Shown here: positions 1-8,429 of the stretch, piece by piece
Layout of the letters: each line of letters starts with the position of its first letter
Position numbering within the stretch: position 1 is the first letter of the stretch
From: a bacterium
Lineage (GTDB): Bacteria; UBA8248; JACPRG01; G963555815
NCBI GenBank assembly: GCA_965261595.1
Contig: CBDHDG010000005.1
Span: 512,001 to 576,000 of the forward strand
Length of the DNA: 64,000 bases
Direction of reading: 5' to 3'
Notes under the pieces: generated by a model
The model's input: only the letters and a program-made list of their open reading frames with translations
The model's database searches: none
Told to the model about the DNA's origin: nothing
Made by a program: the position numbers and the translations under genes

Positions 1-25
1 TTGGCGGAGGAGGGAGTTTTGACCC

Positions 26-187
26 ATGTCCGAAAAGCACATATTCAAAAGAATTCTGCCAGACCCAGAAGGCAATGATGTTGTGATTGAAGAGACGGAA
101 GAGGTTTGTGAAATCAACGGAGTCAAACTACGGCACCTAAACATGGACGGAGAGGAGAAACCGCTCAATCAAAGCAGCCCTGCATGA
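26..187 (+). CDS. Small hypothetical protein (53 aa), convergent with IS1595 transposase
   Basis: Read by hand: GGAGGAGGGAG upstream of ATG at 26; MSEKHIFKRILPDPEGNDVVIEETEEV...; TGA at 185-187. Not in the supplied ORF track; no family recognised. Confidence 0.35.
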   Translation: MSEKHIFKRILPDPEGNDVVIEETEEVCEINGVKLRHLNMDGEEKPLNQSSPA

Positions 188-1040
188 ACACGTCGAAGGC
201 GTCCCCTCGGCCTCGATTGTTGTACTTCCAGCAAGCCTCGGCAACGTACAAGGGGGTGTAGATCTTCTGGTAGTGGTGATGCGATCCGTACCAGGCCCGC
301 TTGAGGAGGGACCAGAAGCCTTCAATCGTGTTGGTGTGCCTCTCCTCCTGGACGTAGCTTTCGGCGTGGTTGATCACGGCGTGGCGGAACGTGGACCGGA
401 TGGCGCGATATGACGGGTATTCATCTGTCATGACCACGGAGTTTTTCGGGTTGACCGCGCTCCTGATGAATTCCAGGACTCCCCGGCCCGTCAAGTCCGT
501 GGCGACCTGAGCTATGACTCTCCCGCCTCGCTCGACCGCTCCAATCACGGGAGTTTTACTAGTTCCACGTCCGCGCGGGTTCTTCGGGCCGCCGTCCCGG
601 CTGTTCTTCTTCCGGGGCTTTCCGCCGATGTATGTTTCATCCGTCTCGACAATTCCCTCCAGGAAGGAGGACTGTCCGGACGCCATCTCGGAGCGGATAC
701 GAACCTGGAGATACCAGGCCGTGGGCTGAGTGAGTTCGAGGTCCCGAGCAAGTTGATGGCTCGACAGGCTCTTCTTTGCGTTGAGGATCAGCCCGATGGC
801 GAGAAACCATTTCTGAAGGGGTATCTTCGTCTTCCGGAAGATGGTCCCGGCCAGGACGTTGAAGCTGGATTTGCAATCGTGGCAATTCCAACGGCCCATC
901 CTGTTTCCTTCGACCTTCCGAGCAACGTCGATGCTTCCGCAATATGCGCAGCACGGCGTGTCTCCCCAACGGACGAGCTCAAGATGTCTGATGCAGGATT
1001 TTTGATTCGGGAATCTTTTGAAGATGGTGATCAGGTTCAT
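165..1040 (-). CDS. IS1595-family transposase (intact, 291 aa)
   Basis: N-terminal Zn ribbon (CAYC...CHDC), HTH (SSHQLARDLELTQPTAW), catalytic motifs ETDETYIGG, MTDE, HTNTIEGFWSLLKR. Confidence 0.95.
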   Translation of the reverse strand: MNLITIFKRFPNQKSCIRHLELVRWGDTPCCAYCGSIDVARKVEGNRMGRWNCHDCKSSFNVLAGTIFRKTKIPLQKWFLAIGLILNAKKSLSSHQLARDLELTQPTAWYLQVRIRSEMASGQSSFLEGIVETDETYIGGKPRKKNSRDGGPKNPRGRGTSKTPVIGAVERGGRVIAQVATDLTGRGVLEFIRSAVNPKNSVVMTDEYPSYRAIRSTFRHAVINHAESYVQEERHTNTIEGFWSLLKRAWYGSHHHYQKIYTPLYVAEACWKYNNRGRGDAFDVFMQGCFD

Positions 1041-1063
1041 TCGAGGCTTCCTCCTTACCCCTA

Positions 1064-1092
1064 AATATAGGACAAAGGAAGGACGTTGTCAA
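1064..1092 (-). promoter_or_regulatory. Sigma-70-type promoter of first IS1595 transposase
   Basis: Minus strand TTGACA (1092-1087), 17-nt spacer, TATATT (1069-1064), about 25 nt upstream of the ATG. Confidence 0.75.
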
Positions 1093-1603
1093 GCCCCTAA
1101 GTTATCATTGCGTACAAATATACCGTATGCTTTTGGATAAATGGGTGGGAAAGGCGATAACGAGTTTTAAATTCCTTTACAGCCTCTCTGATTTTTTGCA
1201 AGGGGATTTTGTACTGCGCCTGAAATCTTTAATGGCAAGAACCTGAATAAGATCTCTGAATGTAACTATTCGATCATTGTAGAAATCTGGCGTAACCACG
1301 CTCTCATGTTTGCCATGACCATACAGCCATCTAGTTACTAGCGTGGGTATAGACATTGGCATAAAATGCCGCCTCACGGGGGGTATAAATTCCGACACCT
1401 AGAATCGGCTTGTCGTTTTGAATTTTCTGTTCGATGTTCATCTCCAGGGCTATATGGCCCTGGACAAACTACCCCCAAGGCCACTATATTGGACATGGCG
1501 GCGATGGGAGTGGCCGCCAGTCTCGCTGAGAATCACCTGGCCGTGGTCCTCGGTTACTTGCCGACCGGGGAATAGTCTCCGTGTTTTCCTGATCGGACCT
1601 TTT

Positions 1604-2460
1604 TCACCCGCCGGCCACGGCTTTGTACATGGCCGCGTCATCATCCCTGTGATTATACCTGAAAGCGTACTCGTCAATATACCCCTGGAGATGCTTTTTA
1701 CTCACAGAGTGGTAAACCCCCGAGATTCCTCGCTTTAGCAGGCCCCAGACCCGTCAGTCGTGTTCGTGTGGACGTTCCCGATCACGTAGATTTTCTGTGC
1801 GTGAGGGATTCGCCGGTGGCGGTATCCATCCCTGCGGAGGTGGTCATAGGACGGCCATTCATCCGTGTAGACCATCGAATCCTGAAGCACAAATTCCTTG
1901 ATGATTGGGTCAAGGCTTTTCTTGCTTGCATCCGTCGTCACTAAAGCGGCGACCTTCCCGCCCCTTTCAACCAGTCCGAAAACTGGGGTCTTGTGCGAAT
2001 CCTTGCCCGGACGCCCAACCTTGCCGCCCCGACGTCGACCGCCCATGTAGGTCTCGTCAGCCTCTACCTCACCCGACAGCCTTTCGATTTCCTCACCAAG
2101 CAGAGAACGGATCTTGTTGAACATTCTCCAGGCGGTCTTGTACGTGACCCCCAGTTCCCGCTCAAGCTGTTTGGCCGATATTCCGCAACGGGTGCTGGAC
2201 ATGAGATACAGGGCATAGAACCACGATTTCAGGGACGTGCGCGACTTCTCGAAAATCGTCCCGGCAAGCGGATAGACGTGCGTCCCGCATCGGTCGCACG
2301 AGTACGCCTTGCGCCTGCTCTTGAGTTGGTGGTGTTTGGTGACTTCCCTGCAAGCCCGGCAATCAATCCCATTTGGGTAAATCTCACCCACCAGTAAATC
2401 GAGACAGGCATCGTCATCGGGGAAATCTTCGTTGAAATCCTTGATTGTGTACCGTTCCAT
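1604..2460 (-). pseudogene. IS1595-family transposase, frameshifted
   Basis: ORF 1735-2460 has Zn ribbon, EADETYMGG, YTDE and HTNT. After a 1-nt loss near 1750 another frame continues WGLLKRGISGVYHSVSKKHLQGYIDEYAFRYNHR to a stop at 1604-1606. Confidence 0.9.
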
Positions 2461-2486
2461 GCCTATATCCTCCCTTTCACTCCTTG

Positions 2487-2527
2487 AATATAGGCCCTGG
2501 TATACGTGCTGTCAAGGGATAATTACA
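2487..2527 (-). promoter_or_regulatory. Sigma-70-type promoter and probable left end of second IS1595
   Basis: Minus strand TGTAATTATCCC, then TTGACA (2515-2510), 17 nt, TATATT (2492-2487). Confidence 0.7.
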
Positions 2528-2916
2528 TCCGGGAAATCACCCTGGAAAGCGGCATTCGTGGCGCCTTGGATTGGTTTGGACGCCGTTTTCATCACCATCC
2601 GCGGACCCGCTCCGGACCCGGCGACGCCTCGGGCATGGAATCGCCTGTCCGCCGGCGTCCCGGGCGTGGATTGTTCCCGCTGAAGGCGGCGTCCCCCCCC
2701 CCCCCTCCCGTTCCGGATTCCGCCCAAAGGCTCGGTGATCCATTCCGGGTTTGTCGAAGTCAGGTGGTTCAACAGGGCTGCTGTCGCCAAAATTTCTGCC
2801 TCCCGCGGCGATGAGGCCATCGCCTCCGCCTCACCCCTGAAAGCCTTTGCGGCATCCTCCAGGCTGATAGAGCCTGGGTTGGTCTTCAATTTTCGGATCG
2901 TGGCCAACATCGTCAT
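2512..2916 (-). CDS. Hypothetical protein with poly-G tract; stop lies in the IS1595 end
   Basis: RBS-like GGAG/GAGG before ATG at 2916 (MTMLATIRKLKTNPGSISLEDAAKAFRGE...); G13 run on the coding strand at 2693-2705; C-terminal frame uncertain. Confidence 0.45.
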   Translation of the reverse strand: MTMLATIRKLKTNPGSISLEDAAKAFRGEAEAMASSPREAEILATAALLNHLTSTNPEWITEPLGGIRNGRGGGGRRLQREQSTPGTPADRRFHARGVAGSGAGPRMVMKTASKPIQGATNAAFQGDFPDVIIP

Positions 2917-3092
2917 CTTCCTCAACTCCCCCCATCCTTTCGCCAAACCCGGTTGCGGGCGCGTCGAACCAGCGATATACCGCAATGCCGGGCGGCTCGA
3001 AATTAAGCCCCAATTTTCACTTCTCCCCAAGATATGTAACTCAAGAACTGTGGACTTACCCCGGTTTCATGGAGAGTTAAGCACTTGGGTTT

Positions 3093-3941
3093 TCAGGGTG
3101 TGCGTTGTTGTCTCCTTTCGTAGTTAACGGGTGACAGGTTGTCGATGGAGGAGTGCCGACGATGCGGGTTGTAGAAGCCCTCGATGAACCCGAACACCTC
3201 CATGCGCGCCTCGGCCCGGGTGCGGAAACTGTGGCGAGCGAGGAGCTCGCACTCCAGCGTGGCGAAAAAGCTCTCACACAGCGCGTTGTCGTAGCAGTCC
3301 CCGACCGAACCCATGGAGGGACGCCCGCCCGCCTGCCGGCAGCGCTGCCCAAAGGCGACCGAGGTGTACTGCGTGCCCTGGTCGGAGTGGTGGATGACGG
3401 CCCGGGGACGGCGCTTATACAGCGCCATGTCAAGCGCGTCGAGCACCAACTCGGCCCGCAGGTGTGTGGCCATCGACCACCCCACGATGCGCCGGCTGAA
3501 CGCATCGAGCGCCACGGCCAGATACAAAAACCCCGCCCATGTCGGAACGTAGGTGATGTCGGCCACCCACAGCCGGTCGGGGGCCTCGGCCGTGAAGTTG
3601 CGGTCCACCAGATCAGGGGCCGGCCGCGCCTCCTGCCGGCGCTGCGTCGTGCGCGCTCCCTTGCGCCGACTGACGCCCGCAAGTCCCGCCCCACGCATCA
3701 GCCTGGCGACGCGCTTGCGGCCCACACGCACTCCCTCAGCCTCCAACTCGGCATGGACGCGCGGCACGCCGTAAGTCCCCCGAGAACGCTCGTGGATCGC
3801 CTGAATGCGTTTGGTGAGCGCCCGATCGGCACACGAGCGGGCACACGGCGCGCGCCTGCGCCACGCGTAGTAGCCGCTGGAGGAGACGCCCAGCACCCGG
3901 CACATGGTGGCGGTCCGATACATGGCCTGGTTCGCCCTCAC
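3093..3941 (-). CDS. IS3 transposase OrfB (DDE integrase core)
   Basis: WVADITYV, HHSDQGTQY, DNALCESFF, YNPHRRHSSI; GTG start overlaps the orfA stop. Confidence 0.93.
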   Translation of the reverse strand: MRANQAMYRTATMCRVLGVSSSGYYAWRRRAPCARSCADRALTKRIQAIHERSRGTYGVPRVHAELEAEGVRVGRKRVARLMRGAGLAGVSRRKGARTTQRRQEARPAPDLVDRNFTAEAPDRLWVADITYVPTWAGFLYLAVALDAFSRRIVGWSMATHLRAELVLDALDMALYKRRPRAVIHHSDQGTQYTSVAFGQRCRQAGGRPSMGSVGDCYDNALCESFFATLECELLARHSFRTRAEARMEVFGFIEGFYNPHRRHSSIDNLSPVNYERRQQRTP

Positions 3942-4252
3942 GAACCCGTAGATCCGGACGGGATCGAATCGGTCTCCCGAGCAAACCAGGCCGCGGCTTT
4001 TGCTAAGATCTCCCGCTCCTGGCGGAGCTGTCGGTTCTCGCGGCGAAGTCGGCGCAACTCCTCCCGCTCATCGCTCGTGAGCCCGTCTTTGCGACGCCCC
4101 TCGTCAACGTCGGCTTGATGGGCCCAGGTGCGGATCGTCTGCGCCGAGGGCTCGAACTCGTGCGCCAGCGCCTCGGGCGTGCGTCCCGCCCGGACCAACT
4201 CTACCATCTGGCAGCGGAACTCCATTGGATAGCGTGGGTGAGTCTGTGGCAT
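3938..4252 (-). CDS. IS3 transposase OrfA (HTH plus leucine zipper)
   Basis: YPMEFRCQMVELVRAG...LRRENRQLRQEREILAKAAAWFA. Confidence 0.92.
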   Translation of the reverse strand: MPQTHPRYPMEFRCQMVELVRAGRTPEALAHEFEPSAQTIRTWAHQADVDEGRRKDGLTSDEREELRRLRRENRQLRQEREILAKAAAWFARETDSIPSGSTGS

Positions 4253-4417
4253 CGTGAACACCTCCTTTACCCCCAAATCATCAGGTGTCCACCAAACCGG
4301 GTCAACTCCACTGTGCCAATATTGAGCATTCGTTGTAATTCTTTAATTATCAAATGGATACTCAAATATACCAATATCGGACTTGTGTCTGAACAAGGAT
4401 TTTTGATACAACCATTC

Positions 4418-4453
4418 GTCTCATTGATGTCTCATGGTGTCTCATTTGAGACA
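4418..4453. promoter_or_regulatory. Phased GTCTCAT repeats and TGTCTCA-TT-TGAGACA palindrome; putative activator binding site
   Basis: GTCTCAT at 4418, 4429 and 4439 (11/10-bp spacing); the last forms a 7-2-7 inverted repeat at 4438-4453, in AT-rich intergenic DNA. Confidence 0.55.
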
Positions 4454-4707
4454 GAAATGGGGAGAAATCGACACTATTGTTTACAATGATATTTTTTATT
4501 ATTTCGTGCCTTGATTCGTCCCGGGTGACTCGGGACGGAGAATTGCCCGAGGGTCCCGGTGAATGGATAATGCTGAATGAAAGGATTGACCCGATGACTT
4601 GCCAGCTCCATCCATACTATGGCATGTTCGTCTTCGGGCGAGACCCGGGAGGCGGGCCTTCCGGCGTTGTTAAGGGATGATGAGTAAGGAAACGTTGGGA
4701 GAGCCTG

Positions 4708-6033
4708 ATGAACAAACAATTCACACTTCCGGCGTCCGAGTTGATTGAAATGGTGAGGGACGCCCGCGAGCGCACGCTCGAGATGATCGCCGACTTGAAC
4801 GAGGACCAGTTGACGGTGCCGATGATGGAAGTCGTCAACCCGTTTCGCTGGGAGCTCGGCCACATCGGTTTCTTTTTCGACGCGTTCGTTCTGGGGGGCT
4901 TCGGGGCCGGCGGGTCCGTCCTGGCCGGGGCCGAGAAGCTGTACGATTCATTCAAGGTGGACCATGACGACCGCTGGAGCCTCCCGCTCCCCTCCAGGGA
5001 CGAGGTGTTGGCCTATCTGAAGGGGCTCGATGATCGGGTCGTCGAGCGGTTGCGCGATCATGAGCCCGACGCCCGGGAAACGTATCTGTGCCTTCTTGCG
5101 GTCTCCCATGAAGACATGCATTGCGAGGCCTTCACGTACATGAGGCAGTCCCTGGGATATACGGGACCGATCCTGAGCGTTCATCAGGGTGCGGACCCCG
5201 CCGCGTTCGGGGGGGAGGAGGGGGGGCCGCTGCCCGGCGACGTGGAGATCCCCGGCGGCGTGTTTCAGTTGGGCGCGTCGCCCGATGACCCGTTCATATT
5301 CGACAACGAAAGATGGGCCCATCCGGTCGAGGCGCCCCCGTTCCGAATGGCCCGGGCGGCCGTGACGAACGGAGAATACAGCCGGTTCGTCGAGGAGGGC
5401 GGATATTCGCGGAACGATTTGTGGAGCCATCAGGGTTGGGTCTGGCGCACGAAGACCGGGCCTGCGCGCCCCCTCTATTGGGAGCGCGGAGAGGAGGGGT
5501 GGCTGCGCCGGCGGTTCGATCGGCTGGTCGCCCTGAAGGAGCACGCCCCCGTCGTTCATGTGAGCTGGTACGAGGCGGAGGCGTACTGCAATTGGGCGGG
5601 CAGGCGGCTACCCACCGAGGCGGAGTGGGAGCTGGCGGCCAGTGCGGCACCGGACGGCGGCCAAGGCGTCTCGGACCGGAAGCGGCGGTATCCATGGGGG
5701 GACGAGCCGCCCGCTCCCGAGCACGCGAACCTGGACGGGCGGTTCTCGGGGTGCGTCGACGTCGGGGCCTTCCCGGCCGGCGACAGCGCGTTCGGCTGCC
5801 GCCAGATGGTCGGCAACGTCTGGGAATGGACGGCGTCCGCCTTCTATCCCTTTCCCGGGTATATCGTGGACACGCCGTACCGGGAGTATTCCGCGCCCTG
5901 GTTCGGTTACCGCAAGGTGTTGAAGGGCGGGTCCTGGGCCACCCGGTCCCGGCTTGTCTGGAACACGTACCGCAACTTCTTCCCGCCGGAGCGCCGGGAC
6001 GTCTTCGCGGGATTCCGGACCTGCGCGCTTTGA
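4708..6033 (+). CDS. senA: EgtB/SenA-family sulfoxide/selenoxide synthase (DinB-like plus FGE-sulfatase domains), SenA-like
   Basis: NPFRWELGH, YDSFKVDHDDRWSLPLP, iron-binding HEDMH (canonical EgtB has HEQQH), RLPTEAEWE, GNVWEW, EYSAPWFG, YRNFF...FAGFRTC. Confidence 0.75.
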   Translation: MNKQFTLPASELIEMVRDARERTLEMIADLNEDQLTVPMMEVVNPFRWELGHIGFFFDAFVLGGFGAGGSVLAGAEKLYDSFKVDHDDRWSLPLPSRDEVLAYLKGLDDRVVERLRDHEPDARETYLCLLAVSHEDMHCEAFTYMRQSLGYTGPILSVHQGADPAAFGGEEGGPLPGDVEIPGGVFQLGASPDDPFIFDNERWAHPVEAPPFRMARAAVTNGEYSRFVEEGGYSRNDLWSHQGWVWRTKTGPARPLYWERGEEGWLRRRFDRLVALKEHAPVVHVSWYEAEAYCNWAGRRLPTEAEWELAASAAPDGGQGVSDRKRRYPWGDEPPAPEHANLDGRFSGCVDVGAFPAGDSAFGCRQMVGNVWEWTASAFYPFPGYIVDTPYREYSAPWFGYRKVLKGGSWATRSRLVWNTYRNFFPPERRDVFAGFRTCAL

Positions 6034-6170
6034 GGGCGGGGGGTGTCTGTTTATCTCCGCGCGGCCCGAGACCATCGAGAACAAAAACCGATGGAAATTG
6101 ACTCATTGAATGAGATGAGTTGTCGGGTCCGGCTTTCTCGCCGCCAACCAGGATTGAGAAGGAAGGTGAA

Positions 6171-7215
6171 ATGATGAATGGTTCCCGTTGTTTATTCCGT
6201 GTGCGGCCTTTCTTCCCGTTTTTGCCGCTTCTTGCTTCTTTCGTCTTCGGTTTTTCCGTTTCCGCGTTCGCGCAATCGGGACCTGTGGCCGCCCCGGCGA
6301 CACCCGTCCTGCTGGCCCAGGCCAACCAGGTTCTCGTGAGAGACTTTCTAGGAAAGCGGCTCGCCCGAGCGAGAGCGGTTCTCCGCGGCAGGGGGCTCAG
6401 GGTGAATGTCCTGTATGAGTGGACCGGAAGTCGGTACGACGCGAATCGCGTTCGGCGACAGGACCCTCCGCCCAACACGCGGGTCATCCGGGGTTCCACC
6501 GTCACCTTGACGGTCTGGGGCTATGGCGGGCCGAGGCCTGTCGTGCAACGGGTGATCGTTCCCGATCTCCGCGAACCGCTTCCTCAGGCAAGCTAATTCC
6601 GAGCTGCGGCTCCGCGGCCTCAAGAATCAACGGTTCCGCTCGAATGATTTCGCCCGTACGTGGGACCGCGATCTCGCCCTCGGGGGCCGCGTTTTCTGGC
6701 AAGACCGCGCGCCCGGCACGCTGGTGAGAAGGGGTTCGATCGTCCGTCTCCGTGTCTATGTGCTTCGCACGGGTCGGACCACCACGGTCCCTGACCTGAG
6801 ATTTGCGGACATCTACTCGGCCCGGATCGGATACCATCAGGCGGGCTTGAACGTCAGGACCATCACCTATTCGACCACCCAGGATTAGCGTCTTCATGGG
6901 ACCGTGTTGTCCACACGGCCCCCGGCCGGACGCGTCGTGCCCGCGAGGTCCCCGATCGACGTGCGCATTCGCATCAAGCGGGTGAGTTCCGACCGGTCGG
7001 GAGTGCACGGGGTGCCGAACCTGCTCAACCAGGACCTGAGCCGGGCCCTTCGCGGACTTTTCAATGCGTACCACAAGCTCAGGTTCATCAACGTTGTGAA
7101 CACGCGAGACTATAAAAGGCACGGTCTCGTGTCTTCTCAAAGCGTTTCGCCCGGGGTCCGAATACACAACAGGAACCAGGTCGGTCTAAACGTGGACTTC
7201 AAGATGTTGCGTTGA
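6171..7215 (+). pseudogene. Secreted protein with four PASTA-like repeats; one frameshift and one internal amber stop
   Basis: Signal peptide ending AFA-Q; repeats start VRDFLG, VPDLR, VPDLRF, VPNLLN with motifs like QDPPPNTRVIRGSTVTLTV; frame change near 6573 and in-frame TAG at 6886-6888. Confidence 0.75.
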
Positions 7216-7556
7216 CGGCGGGAGGCCCTGCAAAATCCCGCGGCCAGGGTCCGGTTCTCCGAATCCGGATTCCCTCGAAGAAGGGCGGAATTTCGATGGA
7301 CACAAGTCAGACATCTGTCCCGAGAGCCGGCCGTTCGTCTTCCCAAGGGATCCCTTTGGGGGGCGCTCCATCACGAAAGCGGGAGAGAGGGGGTCGAGGC
7401 CCGGTTTCAATCGTCGGTCCGATTTGAAACTCCATGGCGCCAAGGCCATCCGAGATGCCTCCGCGCTACACCGCATAGAGAGGTTTCGCATCACCCGAGC
7501 GGCGTCCGGCGTCGAGACAAAAGCGTTGTGAGAAATCCAGGCCAATTCCAGGAAAG

Positions 7557-8429
7557 ATGGGGAGGATCGGAAAGATGAGAACGGGTCGAAATTTCAGGGT
7601 CGGCCGGTCGGCGCTTTCGCTTGGTGCGGGCTCTCTGATGTTGACGGCCGTCTTGTTGAGCGCCTCATCCGTGTTCGCGGGAATCAAGTACATCTCCCTT
7701 GGAAACCCGTTTCCGACCTTCACGCCCACTCAGCGCACGGCGTTGTTCCACGGAAGGAATCAGATCAGGTTTCACGGGACAGGGGTGAACCTCGCCACGA
7801 AGATTAGGTTTCCCGCCCGTCACGCCATGATCAGCGCCAAGATCAAAAAGAGAAAAAGCAAAAAGTTGAGCGTCACGGTCTTTGTGTCGTTGGGGACGCC
7901 GTTGGGATCGGGCAGGGCGGCCCTGCACTATCCCGTGGGGAAGAGCCGCTTCAACTGTCGGGTCTTCCGGCGGGGCACGGTTATGTCCATTCGTGCGAAC
8001 CGCACCACCGCGGACCTGGATGACAGGGTCCGGGTGACTTTCCGGGGCATGTTCTTCGGAAGCAATACGACGTGGAATTACGTGCCGGCGGGCAACAATT
8101 TGCGGTTGTTCAAAAACACCCGCCGGGTGGGGAATGGAACCGACGGCCGGGTCGTTTTCGATGTCACTCCGGTAGTTTGCGGCCGGTTCGATATTTCCCC
8201 CTGGATGTTGGCGGACGCCGGGTCTCCTGACACGCCCGGCGCCATCGGCGGCGTGATGCACACTCGGCGGGGATACCTGGGCGCGAACAACAGAGTGAAA
8301 TTCAGGTTGACCGTGCGCGCGGCCGCCGGCCAGCGGTGCCCGTATCGGCCTCCCCCGCCTCCCCCAACGACGTCTACTTCTTGCGCCCCGGGCTTCGTTT
8401 TCAGAAATGGCCAATGCGTCCGCCCCTAA
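7557..8429 (+). CDS. Secreted, Arg/Lys-rich hypothetical protein with Pro-rich linker and small Cys-containing C-terminal module
   Basis: Signal peptide (LLSASSVFA-G), beta-strand-like body, C-terminus CPYRPPPPPPTTSTSCAPGFVFRNGQCVRP. Confidence 0.7.
   Translation: MGRIGKMRTGRNFRVGRSALSLGAGSLMLTAVLLSASSVFAGIKYISLGNPFPTFTPTQRTALFHGRNQIRFHGTGVNLATKIRFPARHAMISAKIKKRKSKKLSVTVFVSLGTPLGSGRAALHYPVGKSRFNCRVFRRGTVMSIRANRTTADLDDRVRVTFRGMFFGSNTTWNYVPAGNNLRLFKNTRRVGNGTDGRVVFDVTPVVCGRFDISPWMLADAGSPDTPGAIGGVMHTRRGYLGANNRVKFRLTVRAAAGQRCPYRPPPPPPTTSTSCAPGFVFRNGQCVRP

Larger units (their letters stand above)
3051..4310 (-). mobile_element. IS3-family insertion sequence, complete (1260 bp)
   Basis: Imperfect TIRs TGGACTTACCCCGGTTTCATGGAGAG / TGGAGTTGACCCGGTTTGGTGGACAC; 3-bp target duplication CTG (3048-3050, 4311-4313); orfA and orfB present. 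Confidence 0.95.

Noticed and set aside
1261..1272. TGTAACTATTCG as right TIR of the second IS1595
   Set aside because: Only a partial match to TGTAATTATCCC, and the flanks show no target duplication.
1177..1575. Short ORFs between the two IS1595 transposases
   Set aside because: Overlapping on both strands, non-canonical starts and no recognisable domain; possible passenger remnants but unsupported.
4477..4680. 67-aa ORF upstream of senA-like gene as a precursor or leader peptide
   Set aside because: Non-ATG start in AT-rich intergenic DNA, no clear RBS and no recognisable motif.
6886..6888. In-frame TAG as pyrrolysine or programmed readthrough
   Set aside because: The same gene also has a frameshift, neighbours are decaying, other genes here end in TAG, and no pyl genes are present; simple nonsense mutation is more likely.
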